This document shows, piece after piece, positions 8,018 through 17,161 of a stretch of DNA of 35,478 nt. The translations under genes and the position numbers were made by a program. The DNA is taken from positions 1-35,478 of the forward strand of contig JANOGO010000055.1 of NCBI GenBank assembly GCA_031406045.1, given 5' to 3'. This DNA is from Pseudomonadota bacterium (GTDB lineage: Bacteria; Pseudomonadota; Gammaproteobacteria; Burkholderiales; JALYOK01). The notes beneath the pieces are model-generated. The model was not told where the DNA came from and ran no database searches. It saw only the letters and a program-made list of their open reading frames with translations. The first letter of the stretch is position 1, and each line of letters begins with the position of its first letter.

Positions 8018-9778
8018 TTATTTCTTCGGCACATAAAGATCAGTAATCGTCCCCTCAGCCATTTCCGCTGCCATCGCGAACGTTTCCGATAACGTCGGAT
8101 GCGGATGAATGCTCAGGCCGATGTCTTCCGCGTCGGCGCCCATTTCCAACGCGAGGACGGCTTCTGCGATTAGCTCACCGGCGTTGACGCCGACGATTCC
8201 CGCGCCGAGGATGCGTTTGGTTTTTTTGTCGAACAATACTTTGGTAAGGCCTTCTTCGCGTGCGGTGCCGAGGGCACGGCCGCTGGCGGCCCAGGGGAAT
8301 ACGGCTTTGTCGTATTCAATGCCGGCGGTTTTTGCTTCGGCTTCGGACATACCCATCCACGCGATTTCTGGGTCGGTGTACGCGACGTTCGGGATTGTCT
8401 TCGCGTCGAACGCGGCTTTGTGGCCGGCGATGACTTCGGCAGCAACTTTCGCTTCGTGCGTCGCTTTATGCGCGAGCATCGGTTCGCCGACGATGTCGCC
8501 GATGGCGTAGATGCCGGGGACGTTGGTGCGCTGTTGTTTGTCGACAGGGATGAAGCCGCGCTCATTCACGGTGATGCCTGCGGCTTCGACGCCGATGAGT
8601 TTGCCATTTGGCCGGCGGCCGACGGCGACGAGAATGCGATCGTAGACTTGCGGTTCGGGCGCTTGTTCGCCTTCGAAGTAGGCTTTTAGGCCGGCTTTCG
8701 ATGCTTCGATTTTCGTGACTTTGGTTTTGTGTTAATTTTTCTCGTAGCGTTTTTCGATGCGTTTGGCTAAGGGCTTAACGATGTCGGGATCGGCGCCGGG
8801 GATGAGTTGGGGCATCAATTCAACAACGCTGACTTTCGCGCCGAGCGCATCGTACACCGTCGCCATTTCCAAACCGATAATGCCGCCGCCGATAATCAAC
8901 ATGCGCTTCGGCACATCGGCGAGTTCCAATGCATCGGTGGAATCCATCAGGCGCGGATCGTCCCAGGGGAAGCCCGGCAGCTTCACCGCTTGTGAACCCG
9001 CGGCGATGATGCAGTGATCGAACGATAGCGTTTTCACGCCATCTTTAGTTTCGATGCTCAGCGATTTCGGCGAGGCGAATTTCGCCGTGCCGTGAATGAC
9101 CGTGACTTTGCGTTGCTTCGCTAATCCGCTTAAACCTTTGGTTAATTTTCCGACGACAGATTCCTTGAACTTGAGCACTTCCGGCAAGTCGATTTTTGGC
9201 AAACCAAAAGTCACACCGTGATGCGCCGCGTCGGCCGCGTCGGCGATGACTTTCGCGGTGTGCAGCAAAGCTTTCGATGGAATGCAACCGACGTTCAAAC
9301 AAACGCCGCCCAAGGTTTCGTAGCGTTCGATCAGCGTGACTTTTTTGCCGAGATCGGCGGCGCGAAACGCGGCGGTGTAGCCACCGGGTCCGGCGCCGAG
9401 CACAACAACTTCTGCATCGAAATCGGCGTTCGGTTTTGCACTTGGCGCGGCGACAACTGCGCCGGGAGGTGGCTGGAGAGGCGCGCCCTTATTGGCTTCC
9501 GGCGATGTTACCGCGGGCGCCGGGCTTGCCGTTTGGCCCGATGCCTCAAGCATGAGAATCAACGAGCCTTGGGAAACTTTATCGCCCAATTTCACTTTCA
9601 ATTCTTTGACGACGCCGGCGATTTCAGTCGGCACATCCATCGTGGCTTTGTCCGATTCCAGCACGATCAGCGATTGTTCTGCCTTAACCGTTTCGCCGGG
9701 CTTAACCAGCACTTCGATCACTTCTATATCTTTGAAATCGCCGATGTCGGGGACTTTTATTTCGATTGGGTTGCTCAT
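8018..9778 (-). pseudogene. lpdA: Dihydrolipoamide dehydrogenase (E3) with an N-terminal lipoyl domain, interrupted by an in-frame TAA (real lesion or sequencing error)
   Basis: Lipoyl motif LESDKAT, FAD motif GAGPGG, redox CLNVGC, GGGIIG and HPHPTLSE. ORFs 8732-9778 and 8018-8569 share one frame and read RYEKN*HKTKVTKIEA across the TAA at 8732-8734. Confidence 0.9.
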
Positions 9779-9789
9779 TTTTTGTCAGG

Positions 9790-9890
9790 GTGAAGAGTGA
9801 GGAGTGATGTGTAAGGGGCGAGGAGAGAGAATCATCCGTTAACTCGGCAATGAAGGTTCTCCGCCTCACGCCTAACGTCTCACTCCTCAC
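9790..9890. repeat. Inverted arrays of degenerate heptamer repeats (GTGAGGA-like)
   Basis: Left arm 9790-9831: GTGAAGA GTGAGGA GTGATGT GTAAGGG GCGAGGA GAGAGAA. Right arm 9856-9890, reverse strand: GTGAGGA GTGAGAC GTTAGGC GTGAGGC GGAGAAC. Confidence 0.75.
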
Positions 9891-9894
9891 GAAT

Positions 9895-11232
9895 TTAAAG
9901 TACCAAGCGCCGAATATCGGAAAGCGCGCCGTTCAAAAATGTAATGAAGCGCGCACCGAGGGCGCCGTCGACGACGCGATGATCGTAAGAGAGTGAAATC
10001 GGGACGATCAAGCGTGGGACGAAACTTTCTTTTTCTGCGTTCCAAACCGGCTTCATGTTCGAGCGGCCGACGCCGAGGATGGCGACTTCCGGCGCGTTGA
10101 TGATCGGCGTGAAGTGCGTGCCGCCGATGCCGCCGAGGCTGGAAATGCTGAAGGTGCCGCCTTGCATGTCGGTCGGTTTCAGCTTGCCTTCGCGGGCGAG
10201 GGCGGAGAGTTCGGCTAGCTCCTTCGCGATTGCCATCACGCCTTTTTGATCGGCGTTTTTGATCACCGGAACGACCAAGCCATTCGGCGTGTCGGCAGCG
10301 AAACCGATGTGGTAATAATTTTTAAAAATCAAATTCGCGCCGTCACGATCGAGCGAGCTGTTGAACTCGGGAAATTTTTTCAGCGCGGCGACGGCGGCTT
10401 TGATGACGAAGGCAAGCGGCGTGAGCTTGACGCCTTGCTTTTCGGCGTCAGCACCTTGCGCTTTGCGGAAGGCTTCGAGCTCCGTCAAATCGGCTTCGTC
10501 GAATTGGGTGATGTGCGGAATCGCCAGCCAGTTGCGATGCAGTGCTGGGCCGGAAATTTTCTTGATCCGCGACAACGGCTTTGTCTCGACCGGACCGAAT
10601 TTACTGAAATCCACATTCGGTAAATCGGGCAAGTTCGGCGCAAAGTTGACGCTCGTCGCCGCGCCGCGCGTGGTCGGCGAGCCGCCGCCGGCCATGGCTT
10701 GTTTGACGAAACCCTGTACGTCTTCTTTCGTGATGCGGCCTTTTTCTGCGGTACCCGTGACCGTATTCAAATTCACGCCGAGTTCGCGCGCGAATTTGCG
10801 CACCGACGGGCTGGCGTGAGGATTGCCGCCGGATGCTGGTGCAGACGTAACGTCCATCGCCGGTGGCGCGATGATGACGGTGCGCGCCGGATCGAATGCG
10901 GGCGCGGCCACTGTTTCTTTTACCGGCGCGGTAACAACGGCGGCGCGCTCAATCGCACTTTGCGCAACGGCTTTTGCCTGCTGCTCGGCGGCGGCCATTT
11001 CTAGCATCATGAACAACGTACCTTGCGATACTTTATCGCCGACTTTCACTTTCAATTCGTTCACGATGCCAGCGGAAGGCGAGGGGATTTCCATCGTCGC
11101 TTTGTCCGACTCCAACACTAAAACACTGGACTCGCTTTTCACCGTATCGCCGGCCTTGACCAAAATTTCGATGATTTCAACATCCTTGAAATCGCCGATG
11201 TCGGGGACTTTTATTTCGACTAAGTTGCTCAT
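9895..11232 (-). CDS. aceF: Pyruvate dehydrogenase E2, dihydrolipoamide acetyltransferase (single lipoyl domain)
   Basis: LESDKATMEIP lipoyl domain, HASPSVRKFARELGV E3-binding domain and catalytic SYDHRVVDG. Confidence 0.97.
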   Translation of the reverse strand: MSNLVEIKVPDIGDFKDVEIIEILVKAGDTVKSESSVLVLESDKATMEIPSPSAGIVNELKVKVGDKVSQGTLFMMLEMAAAEQQAKAVAQSAIERAAVVTAPVKETVAAPAFDPARTVIIAPPAMDVTSAPASGGNPHASPSVRKFARELGVNLNTVTGTAEKGRITKEDVQGFVKQAMAGGGSPTTRGAATSVNFAPNLPDLPNVDFSKFGPVETKPLSRIKKISGPALHRNWLAIPHITQFDEADLTELEAFRKAQGADAEKQGVKLTPLAFVIKAAVAALKKFPEFNSSLDRDGANLIFKNYYHIGFAADTPNGLVVPVIKNADQKGVMAIAKELAELSALAREGKLKPTDMQGGTFSISSLGGIGGTHFTPIINAPEVAILGVGRSNMKPVWNAEKESFVPRLIVPISLSYDHRVVDGALGARFITFLNGALSDIRRLVL

Positions 11233-11345
11233 GAATGTTCCGTAAAATTATTAGAAATTCTGGATGCTTCGTATTATAGGGGATTAGAGAAGTACACTTT
11301 CTAGAGCCATTGTTAATTGAGCGGGAGGCGATGTTGCTAAGTTAC

Positions 11346-11458
11346 GCCCACCCCCTCACCTTAGCCCTCTCCCGCATAGCGGGAGAGGGGAAGATACTCC
11401 CTCGGCCCGGCCCGCTTCAATAAGTGGGGGACGGGGAGAGGGCGGGGCGAAGGGCGGG
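11346..11458. repeat. CCCTCTCCC/GGGAGAGGG-type palindromic REP-like element
   Basis: CCCTCACCTTAGCCCTCTCCCGC-ata-GCGGGAGAGGG hairpin plus an inverted partner, GGGGAGAGGGCGGGGCGAAGGG, between aceE and aceF. Confidence 0.7.
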
Positions 11459-11493
11459 CCTGAAATCACTTAACTAAGTTCTCAAAAATCCAC

Positions 11494-14154
11494 TTACACC
11501 AAACGCGGATTATCTTTCTCAGGATCAATGCCATATTTCTTGATCGCCTGACTCACGACGCTTGACTTAATCGTACCTTCATCGGCTAATGCTTTCAGCG
11601 CGGCGATGGTAACAAAATGACGATCGACTTCGAAAAATTTGCGTAATTGCTGCCGGCTGTCGGAGCGGCCGAAACCATCGGTACCGAGTGCAACATAGCG
11701 CCCAGGCATAAATTCGCGAATTTGATCGGCATAGGATTTCACATAGTCGGTGGCCGCAACGGCAGGCCCAGCTTGGTTCTTCAGGCATGCACTCACGTAA
11801 GGCAAGCGCGGAGCGGCTTCCGGGTGCAGCATGTTCCAGCGCGAGCAATCAAGCGCCTCGCGGCGTAGCTCGTTAAAACTGGGCGTACTCCAAATATCCG
11901 ATTCGACGCCCCAATCTTTTTTCAGCAACTCAGCGGCGGCGATGACTTCGCGGAAAATCGTGCCGGAGCCGAGTAATTGCACGCGCGGCGCTTTAGATTT
12001 CGCCGCGCCGGCTTGAAATAAATACATGCCTTTGATGATGCCGTCTTCGGTGCCTTTCGGCATTTGCGGATGAACGTAGTTTTCATTCATCAACGTCAAA
12101 TAATAAAAAACGTTTTCCTGTTTTTCGTACATGCGTTTCATGCCGTGCTGAATAATCACCGCGACTTCGTACGAGAAAGTTGGATCGTAGGAAATACAAT
12201 TGGGAATAAAGGATGCATGCAAATGGCTTTGGCCATCTTGATGTTGCAAGCCCTCGCCGTTTAGCGTGGTGCGCCCCGCAGTGCCGCCGAGCATGAAGCC
12301 GCGCGCTTGAATATCGCCCGCCGCCCAAGCCAAGTCGCCGATGCGTTGGAAGCCGAACATCGAGTAATAAATGTAAAACGGAATCATGTTGACGCCGTGA
12401 TTCGAATAGGCGCTGGCGGCGGCGATCCATGACGACATCGCGCCCGCTTCGTTGATGCCTTCTTCCAAAATCTGTCCCGCTTTATCTTCGCGGTAATAGA
12501 GCAATTGGTCTTTATCGACCGGCGTGTAGAGCTGGCCTTGCGACGAATAAATACCGAGCGTACGGAACAAACCTTCCATGCCGAAGGTGCGCGCCTCGTC
12601 GGGCACAATCGGCACAATGAATTTGCCGATTTCTTTGTCGCGCGTGAGCATAGTGAGCATGCGGACGAATGCCATCGTCGTGGAAATCTCGCGCTCTTCG
12701 GTGCTTTTCAACAACACTTCGAAAGTTTCCAATGTCGGAATTTTGTGCGCTGGTGCGGACTGGCGGCGTGACGGTAAGTAACCGCCGAGCGCTTTGCGAT
12801 GTTCTTTCATGTAGACGATGATTGGATCGTCATCGTCCGGTTTGTAGAACGGCACATCGGCGATTTTATCGTCGGCAATCGGCACGTTGAATCGATCGCG
12901 GAATTTCTTTAGCGCTTCCACGTCCATTTTCTTTTGCTGGTGCGTGGTGTTCTTCGCTTCGCCGATGGCGCCCATGCCGTAGCCTTTGACGGTCTTGGCG
13001 AGGATGACGGTCGGCTGGCCTTTGTGTTTCGTAGCTGCGGCGTAGGCTGCGTAAATTTTGTGCGGATCGTGACCGCCGCGATTTAAGCGCCACACGTCGT
13101 CGTCGGTCATGCGCGAAACCAGCTCCAGCGCTTTGGGATGCTTACCGAAAAAATGTTTGCGGACGTAGGCACCGTCATTGGCTTTGTAGTTTTGATATTC
13201 GCCGTCGACAGTGTCTTCCATGATTTTTTGCAGCACGCCGTCTTTATCGCGGGCGAGCAGGGGATCCCAATAAGAACCCCAGATCAGCTTGATGACATTC
13301 CACCCGGCACCGCGAAAATCACCTTCCAGTTCCTGAATGATTTTGCCGTTGCCGCGCACCGGGCCATCGAGACGCTGCAAGTTGCAGTTCACGACGAAAA
13401 TTAAGTTATCGAGATTTTCGCGTTGCGCCATGCCGATCGCGCCGAGCGACTCCGGCTCGTCCATTTCGCCATCGCCGCAGAAACACCACACTTTGCGATT
13501 TTCTGTATTGGCGATGCCGCGGGCGTGCAGATATTTCATGAAGCGCGCTTGGTAGATCGCCATCAGTGGCCCGAGGCCCATCGACACGGTGGGAAATTGC
13601 CAAAAGTCCGGCATCAGCCAGGGATGCGGATACGACGTGACGCCTTTGCCGGTGACGTCGCGGCGAAAGTTATTGAGTTGATCTTCCGTCAAGCGACCTT
13701 CCAAAAAGGCGCGAGCGTAAATGCCCGGCGCTGAATGGCCTTGGAAATAAACGAGATCACCGCCATGGTCGGCACTAGGCGCATGCCAAAAATGATTGAA
13801 GCCAACGCCAAACAGCGTCCCCACCGACGCGAAGCTGGCGATGTGGCCGCCGAGCTCGTCATCGTTTTTGTTGGCGCGAACGACCATCGCCAGGGCATTC
13901 CAGCGGCAAATGGAGCGAATGCGTTCTTCCATCGCGGCATCGCCGGGCGAACGCTCCTCCATTTGCGGCGGAATGGTATTGATGTACGCGGTATTGGCGC
14001 TGTACGGAATATGAGCGCCGGAGCGACGCGCCTTGTCCGTCAGCAACGCAATCAGTTGGTGGGCGCGCTCGGGACCTTCGCGTTCGATAACGGCGTCCAG
14101 CGCGTCAAGCCATTCTTGTGTTTCGCTTTGGTCAAATTCCGGCACAGCGGCCAT
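11494..14154 (-). CDS. aceE: Pyruvate dehydrogenase E1, homodimeric type
   Basis: 886 aa. ETQEWLDAL, GGHIASFAS, FPTVSMGLGP, TPP motif GDGEMDEPES and TLNGEGLQH. RBS AGGAG. Confidence 0.98.
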   Translation of the reverse strand: MAAVPEFDQSETQEWLDALDAVIEREGPERAHQLIALLTDKARRSGAHIPYSANTAYINTIPPQMEERSPGDAAMEERIRSICRWNALAMVVRANKNDDELGGHIASFASVGTLFGVGFNHFWHAPSADHGGDLVYFQGHSAPGIYARAFLEGRLTEDQLNNFRRDVTGKGVTSYPHPWLMPDFWQFPTVSMGLGPLMAIYQARFMKYLHARGIANTENRKVWCFCGDGEMDEPESLGAIGMAQRENLDNLIFVVNCNLQRLDGPVRGNGKIIQELEGDFRGAGWNVIKLIWGSYWDPLLARDKDGVLQKIMEDTVDGEYQNYKANDGAYVRKHFFGKHPKALELVSRMTDDDVWRLNRGGHDPHKIYAAYAAATKHKGQPTVILAKTVKGYGMGAIGEAKNTTHQQKKMDVEALKKFRDRFNVPIADDKIADVPFYKPDDDDPIIVYMKEHRKALGGYLPSRRQSAPAHKIPTLETFEVLLKSTEEREISTTMAFVRMLTMLTRDKEIGKFIVPIVPDEARTFGMEGLFRTLGIYSSQGQLYTPVDKDQLLYYREDKAGQILEEGINEAGAMSSWIAAASAYSNHGVNMIPFYIYYSMFGFQRIGDLAWAAGDIQARGFMLGGTAGRTTLNGEGLQHQDGQSHLHASFIPNCISYDPTFSYEVAVIIQHGMKRMYEKQENVFYYLTLMNENYVHPQMPKGTEDGIIKGMYLFQAGAAKSKAPRVQLLGSGTIFREVIAAAELLKKDWGVESDIWSTPSFNELRREALDCSRWNMLHPEAAPRLPYVSACLKNQAGPAVAATDYVKSYADQIREFMPGRYVALGTDGFGRSDSRQQLRKFFEVDRHFVTIAALKALADEGTIKSSVVSQAIKKYGIDPEKDNPRLV

Positions 14155-14600
14155 AAAATCTCCTAAAAGTCACAATTTCGTCCGCGTCAGTCGCAGGAAA
14201 ACCAATTACTTCAACTTACTAAAAGGTTTTATTAGATTTTTGTTGAAAAAACATATACATTTCGGCTAAACTAAAGGTAAATACGAAATAACGACATTAA
14301 CCGGTTATTACGGTTAAAGAAAAACCCGTAGCGTGATGACAGTGCGAAGTCGAACACCGTAATGGCGGTGACGTTAGCTGCTTGGGTAGCGCAGTTTTGT
14401 GTGCTTATCATGGCGGCAACTCCATGGATCGCATGAAGTGCGTAGTCAGCATTGAATAGATGACTGTATTATAAAGACTTTGTGCCGTAAACGGAAGTGC
14501 TGGCGACAGTTTTTTTAAGAGATTGTGAGTATTTAAACTAGCGCGCTGCTCAGGAGGCAAATGATTTGTCCCGCTGCAGCATTGAGGATTCGTACCAAGA

Positions 14601-15437
14601 ATGACAATGAGTGGCGCAATCGAGGTGGTAAGTCGAACAGACCCCGGAAAGGTTCGTTCGCACAATGAGGATTTTGTCGCGCATGAAGCTGAGATCGGTG
14701 TGGTACTTTTAGCGGACGGCATGGGCGGTTATAACGCCGGCGAAGTGGCCAGCGGTATGGCGGCGCGCATTATCGTCGAAGGCTTAAGCCATGCTTGGCG
14801 GGGCCTCACGGCGAATACGCGTGCCGTCGAAAACAGTATCGGTATCGCGGGAAATTCGATACAACAACAGGTCGAACGAGCGAATTGGGCGATTTTTGAG
14901 AAGGCGCAAAATGAACCGCAATGCGCCGGCATGGGCACGACGCTGGTCACCGGTTTGTTTTACGATAACCATCTGACGGTTGGGCATATCGGCGATTCGC
15001 GCCTGTATCGGCTGCGCGGCGAGGCGTTGGATCAAATCACTAAGGATCATTCGCTGTTGCAGGAGCAAGTCGACAGCGGCCTAATCAACAAGGAAGATGC
15101 GCGCAAATCGCGCAACAAAAATTTGCTAACGCGGGCCCTTGGCATCGATCCTAAAGTCGAAGCCGAAATTCATAGCCACGCAGTGTTACCGGGCGATATT
15201 TATTTGATTTGCTCGGACGGTCTGAACGATATGGTCGACGATGAAGAAATTCGTTTGACCTTGTTAACGTTGCAATCGAATTTAGCGTTGGCGGCGGATC
15301 AATTAGTATTGTCCGCGAACGATAACGGCGGCCGCGACAACGTCTCGGTGGTCCTGGCGAAAGTATTGCAAGCCTTTCCAGCCAAACGCGGTTGGTTGGC
15401 AAAAATGAAGTCCTGGTTTAGTTCACGAGGAAATTAA
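14601..15437 (+). CDS. PP2C/PPM-family Ser/Thr protein phosphatase (Stp1-like)
   Basis: RSHNED, LADGMGG, GMGTT, HIGDSRLY, DHS, TRALG, CSDGL and GGRDNVS motifs. Confidence 0.95.
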   Translation: MTMSGAIEVVSRTDPGKVRSHNEDFVAHEAEIGVVLLADGMGGYNAGEVASGMAARIIVEGLSHAWRGLTANTRAVENSIGIAGNSIQQQVERANWAIFEKAQNEPQCAGMGTTLVTGLFYDNHLTVGHIGDSRLYRLRGEALDQITKDHSLLQEQVDSGLINKEDARKSRNKNLLTRALGIDPKVEAEIHSHAVLPGDIYLICSDGLNDMVDDEEIRLTLLTLQSNLALAADQLVLSANDNGGRDNVSVVLAKVLQAFPAKRGWLAKMKSWFSSRGN

Positions 15438-15438
15438 G

Positions 15439-16206
15439 ATGGCAGGAAAACTTGTTTTAACGCTTGATGGTTCGGTTCTTGGGGAATATTTCCTAGGCAA
15501 GGAACGCGTCCTGATTGGACGTAAACCCCATAACGATATTCAGATCGATAACCTTGCGGTCAGCAGCGAGCACGCCGCGGTGATTACCATACTCAACGAT
15601 TCCTTCATGGAAGACTTGGGGAGCACCAATGGCACCTTGGTTAACGGCCAAATGGTGAAGAAACACTTCTTGCAAAATGGCGACGTCATCGAGCTCGGGA
15701 AACATCGGTTGAAATACCTGAACGATACGCCCAGCGCGACCACTGCCGAAGACTTCGAAAAAACCATGGTGATGCGACGTCCGATGACTGTCACGGCGCC
15801 GGTCGCGCAAGTCGCGATGGTAGGAGGCGATACGATGGTCGGTAAACAAGCGTTTACCGGCACGGCGACTTCGCGCCCGGTGAGCTTGGCTGCGGCGCCC
15901 GCACCCGTTGCGCCGTCGCCGGCTGCGCCGATCGCAACGAGTGCTTCGATCCAAATCCTCAATGGCGGCAACGCCGGCCGTGTGATGGAATTAACGAAAA
16001 CCTTAACCACTCTCGGTAAACCCGGCGTGCAGGTTGCGGTAATTACGAAACGGCCTACCAGTTACTTCATTACCCACGTTGAAGGCTTGACGTATCCGGT
16101 GTTAAACGGCGTTAACCTCAGTGCTCAAGCGCAGCCGCTAGCGGATCACGATATTATTGAAATCGCCGGTATCAAAATGGAGTTTTTTATGAGTGCAGCA
16201 CACTAA
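15439..16206 (+). CDS. FHA-domain protein (intact N-terminal FHA, Ala/Pro linker, degenerate C-terminal FHA-like domain)
   Basis: IGR...VSSEHA...DLGSTNGT...LQNGDVIELG. The second domain ends LADHDIIEIAG but lacks the GR and SxxH residues. Confidence 0.9.
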   Translation: MAGKLVLTLDGSVLGEYFLGKERVLIGRKPHNDIQIDNLAVSSEHAAVITILNDSFMEDLGSTNGTLVNGQMVKKHFLQNGDVIELGKHRLKYLNDTPSATTAEDFEKTMVMRRPMTVTAPVAQVAMVGGDTMVGKQAFTGTATSRPVSLAAAPAPVAPSPAAPIATSASIQILNGGNAGRVMELTKTLTTLGKPGVQVAVITKRPTSYFITHVEGLTYPVLNGVNLSAQAQPLADHDIIEIAGIKMEFFMSAAH

Positions 16207-16224
16207 TCGAGGGCAAAGCGGCCA

Positions 16225-16989
16225 ATGAGGTTCGAGGTTCTCGGCTGTAGCGGAGGCGTTGGCGCGAATTTAAGAACAACGTCGTTCTTGGTTGACGAAG
16301 ATATCTTAATCGATGCCGGTACCGGTGCAACGGATCTCACGCTCGCGCAACTCGCCAAGATCGATCACGTCTTCGTAACCCATTCACACCTAGATCATGT
16401 GGCCGCGATTCCGTGGATAGTCGATACCGTCGGCAGCGCCAGAAAAAAACCGCTGGTGGTGCATGCGCTGGATGCAACGATCCGAACGCTGAAAGACCAT
16501 ATTTTTAATTGGCGTATCTGGCCCGATTTCACACGTATACCGACCGCCGAACAACCCTATTTGATGTTCGAATCGATGACCATCGGGGAAGAAATGAAAA
16601 TGGGCAATCGGACCATTCAATCAATCGCGTCCAACCATGTTGTGCCGAGCGTGGGCTATCGCATCGACAGTGGTAAAGCCAGTTTGATTTTCAGCGGTGA
16701 CACGAGCACCAGCGATGCGCTGTGGCAGGCAGCCAACCAATGCGAAAATTTGCGCTACATTTTGATTGAAACGGCATTTTCGAATCGAGATAAAGCGGTT
16801 GCCGACGCCTCGAAGCATCTTTATCCGCTGCAATTGGCGGCAGAACTGAAAAAATTTACCGGGCAGGCTGAGATTTATATTACGCACATGAAGCCTGGCG
16901 AAGAAGATTCGATTATGAACGAGATCGCGGCGGCGATGACGAATTTTAAGCCGAGAAAACTCGATCATGGCCAAGTTTTCGAGCTGTAG
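16225..16989 (+). CDS. Class II-like 3',5'-cyclic-nucleotide phosphodiesterase (metallo-beta-lactamase fold)
   Basis: VLGCSGG, IDAGTG, THSHLDH, LKDHIFNWRIWPDF, FSGDT, IETAFSN, HLYP and ITHMKP. No signal peptide. Confidence 0.82.
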   Translation: MRFEVLGCSGGVGANLRTTSFLVDEDILIDAGTGATDLTLAQLAKIDHVFVTHSHLDHVAAIPWIVDTVGSARKKPLVVHALDATIRTLKDHIFNWRIWPDFTRIPTAEQPYLMFESMTIGEEMKMGNRTIQSIASNHVVPSVGYRIDSGKASLIFSGDTSTSDALWQAANQCENLRYILIETAFSNRDKAVADASKHLYPLQLAAELKKFTGQAEIYITHMKPGEEDSIMNEIAAAMTNFKPRKLDHGQVFEL

Positions 16990-17161
16990 AAAGGGCAGAA
17001 TTTGTTTGAAATTTGCCGTGCCGCGCCCACAGCAGTTTGGGATCCGATTTAACAATAAGCCACGCGGGGCAAATGAGGAATTGTTAACAATGATTAAAAT
17101 ACTTGTGTTGATAACTGAAAAGTTTATGCTATCGAGTCTAGTTGCTTAGGGTAGGGTTGAA

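Noticed and set aside
6358-8734. Reassignment or readthrough of TAA, since brnT and lpdA both contain an in-frame TAA
   Set aside because: Many intact genes here (aceE, aceF, the T1SS genes, the GAF-ATPase) end correctly at TAA. Independent mutation or sequencing error is simpler.
9218-14166. Long antisense ORFs over the pdh genes (for example 9218-9793, 10361-10819, 13735-14166) and similar shadows elsewhere
   Set aside because: These are typical shadow frames opposite well-supported genes in GC-rich coding DNA.
14160-14600. Riboswitch or sRNA in the aceE/PP2C divergent region (small hairpins, TAACCGGTTA palindrome)
   Set aside because: I could not match a known riboswitch consensus. An Rfam/Infernal scan would be needed.
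14601-16206. PP2C plus FHA as type VI secretion regulators (PppA/Fha)
   Set aside because: No tss genes lie in the window, and the FHA protein is short and lacks a TagH-like C-terminal region.
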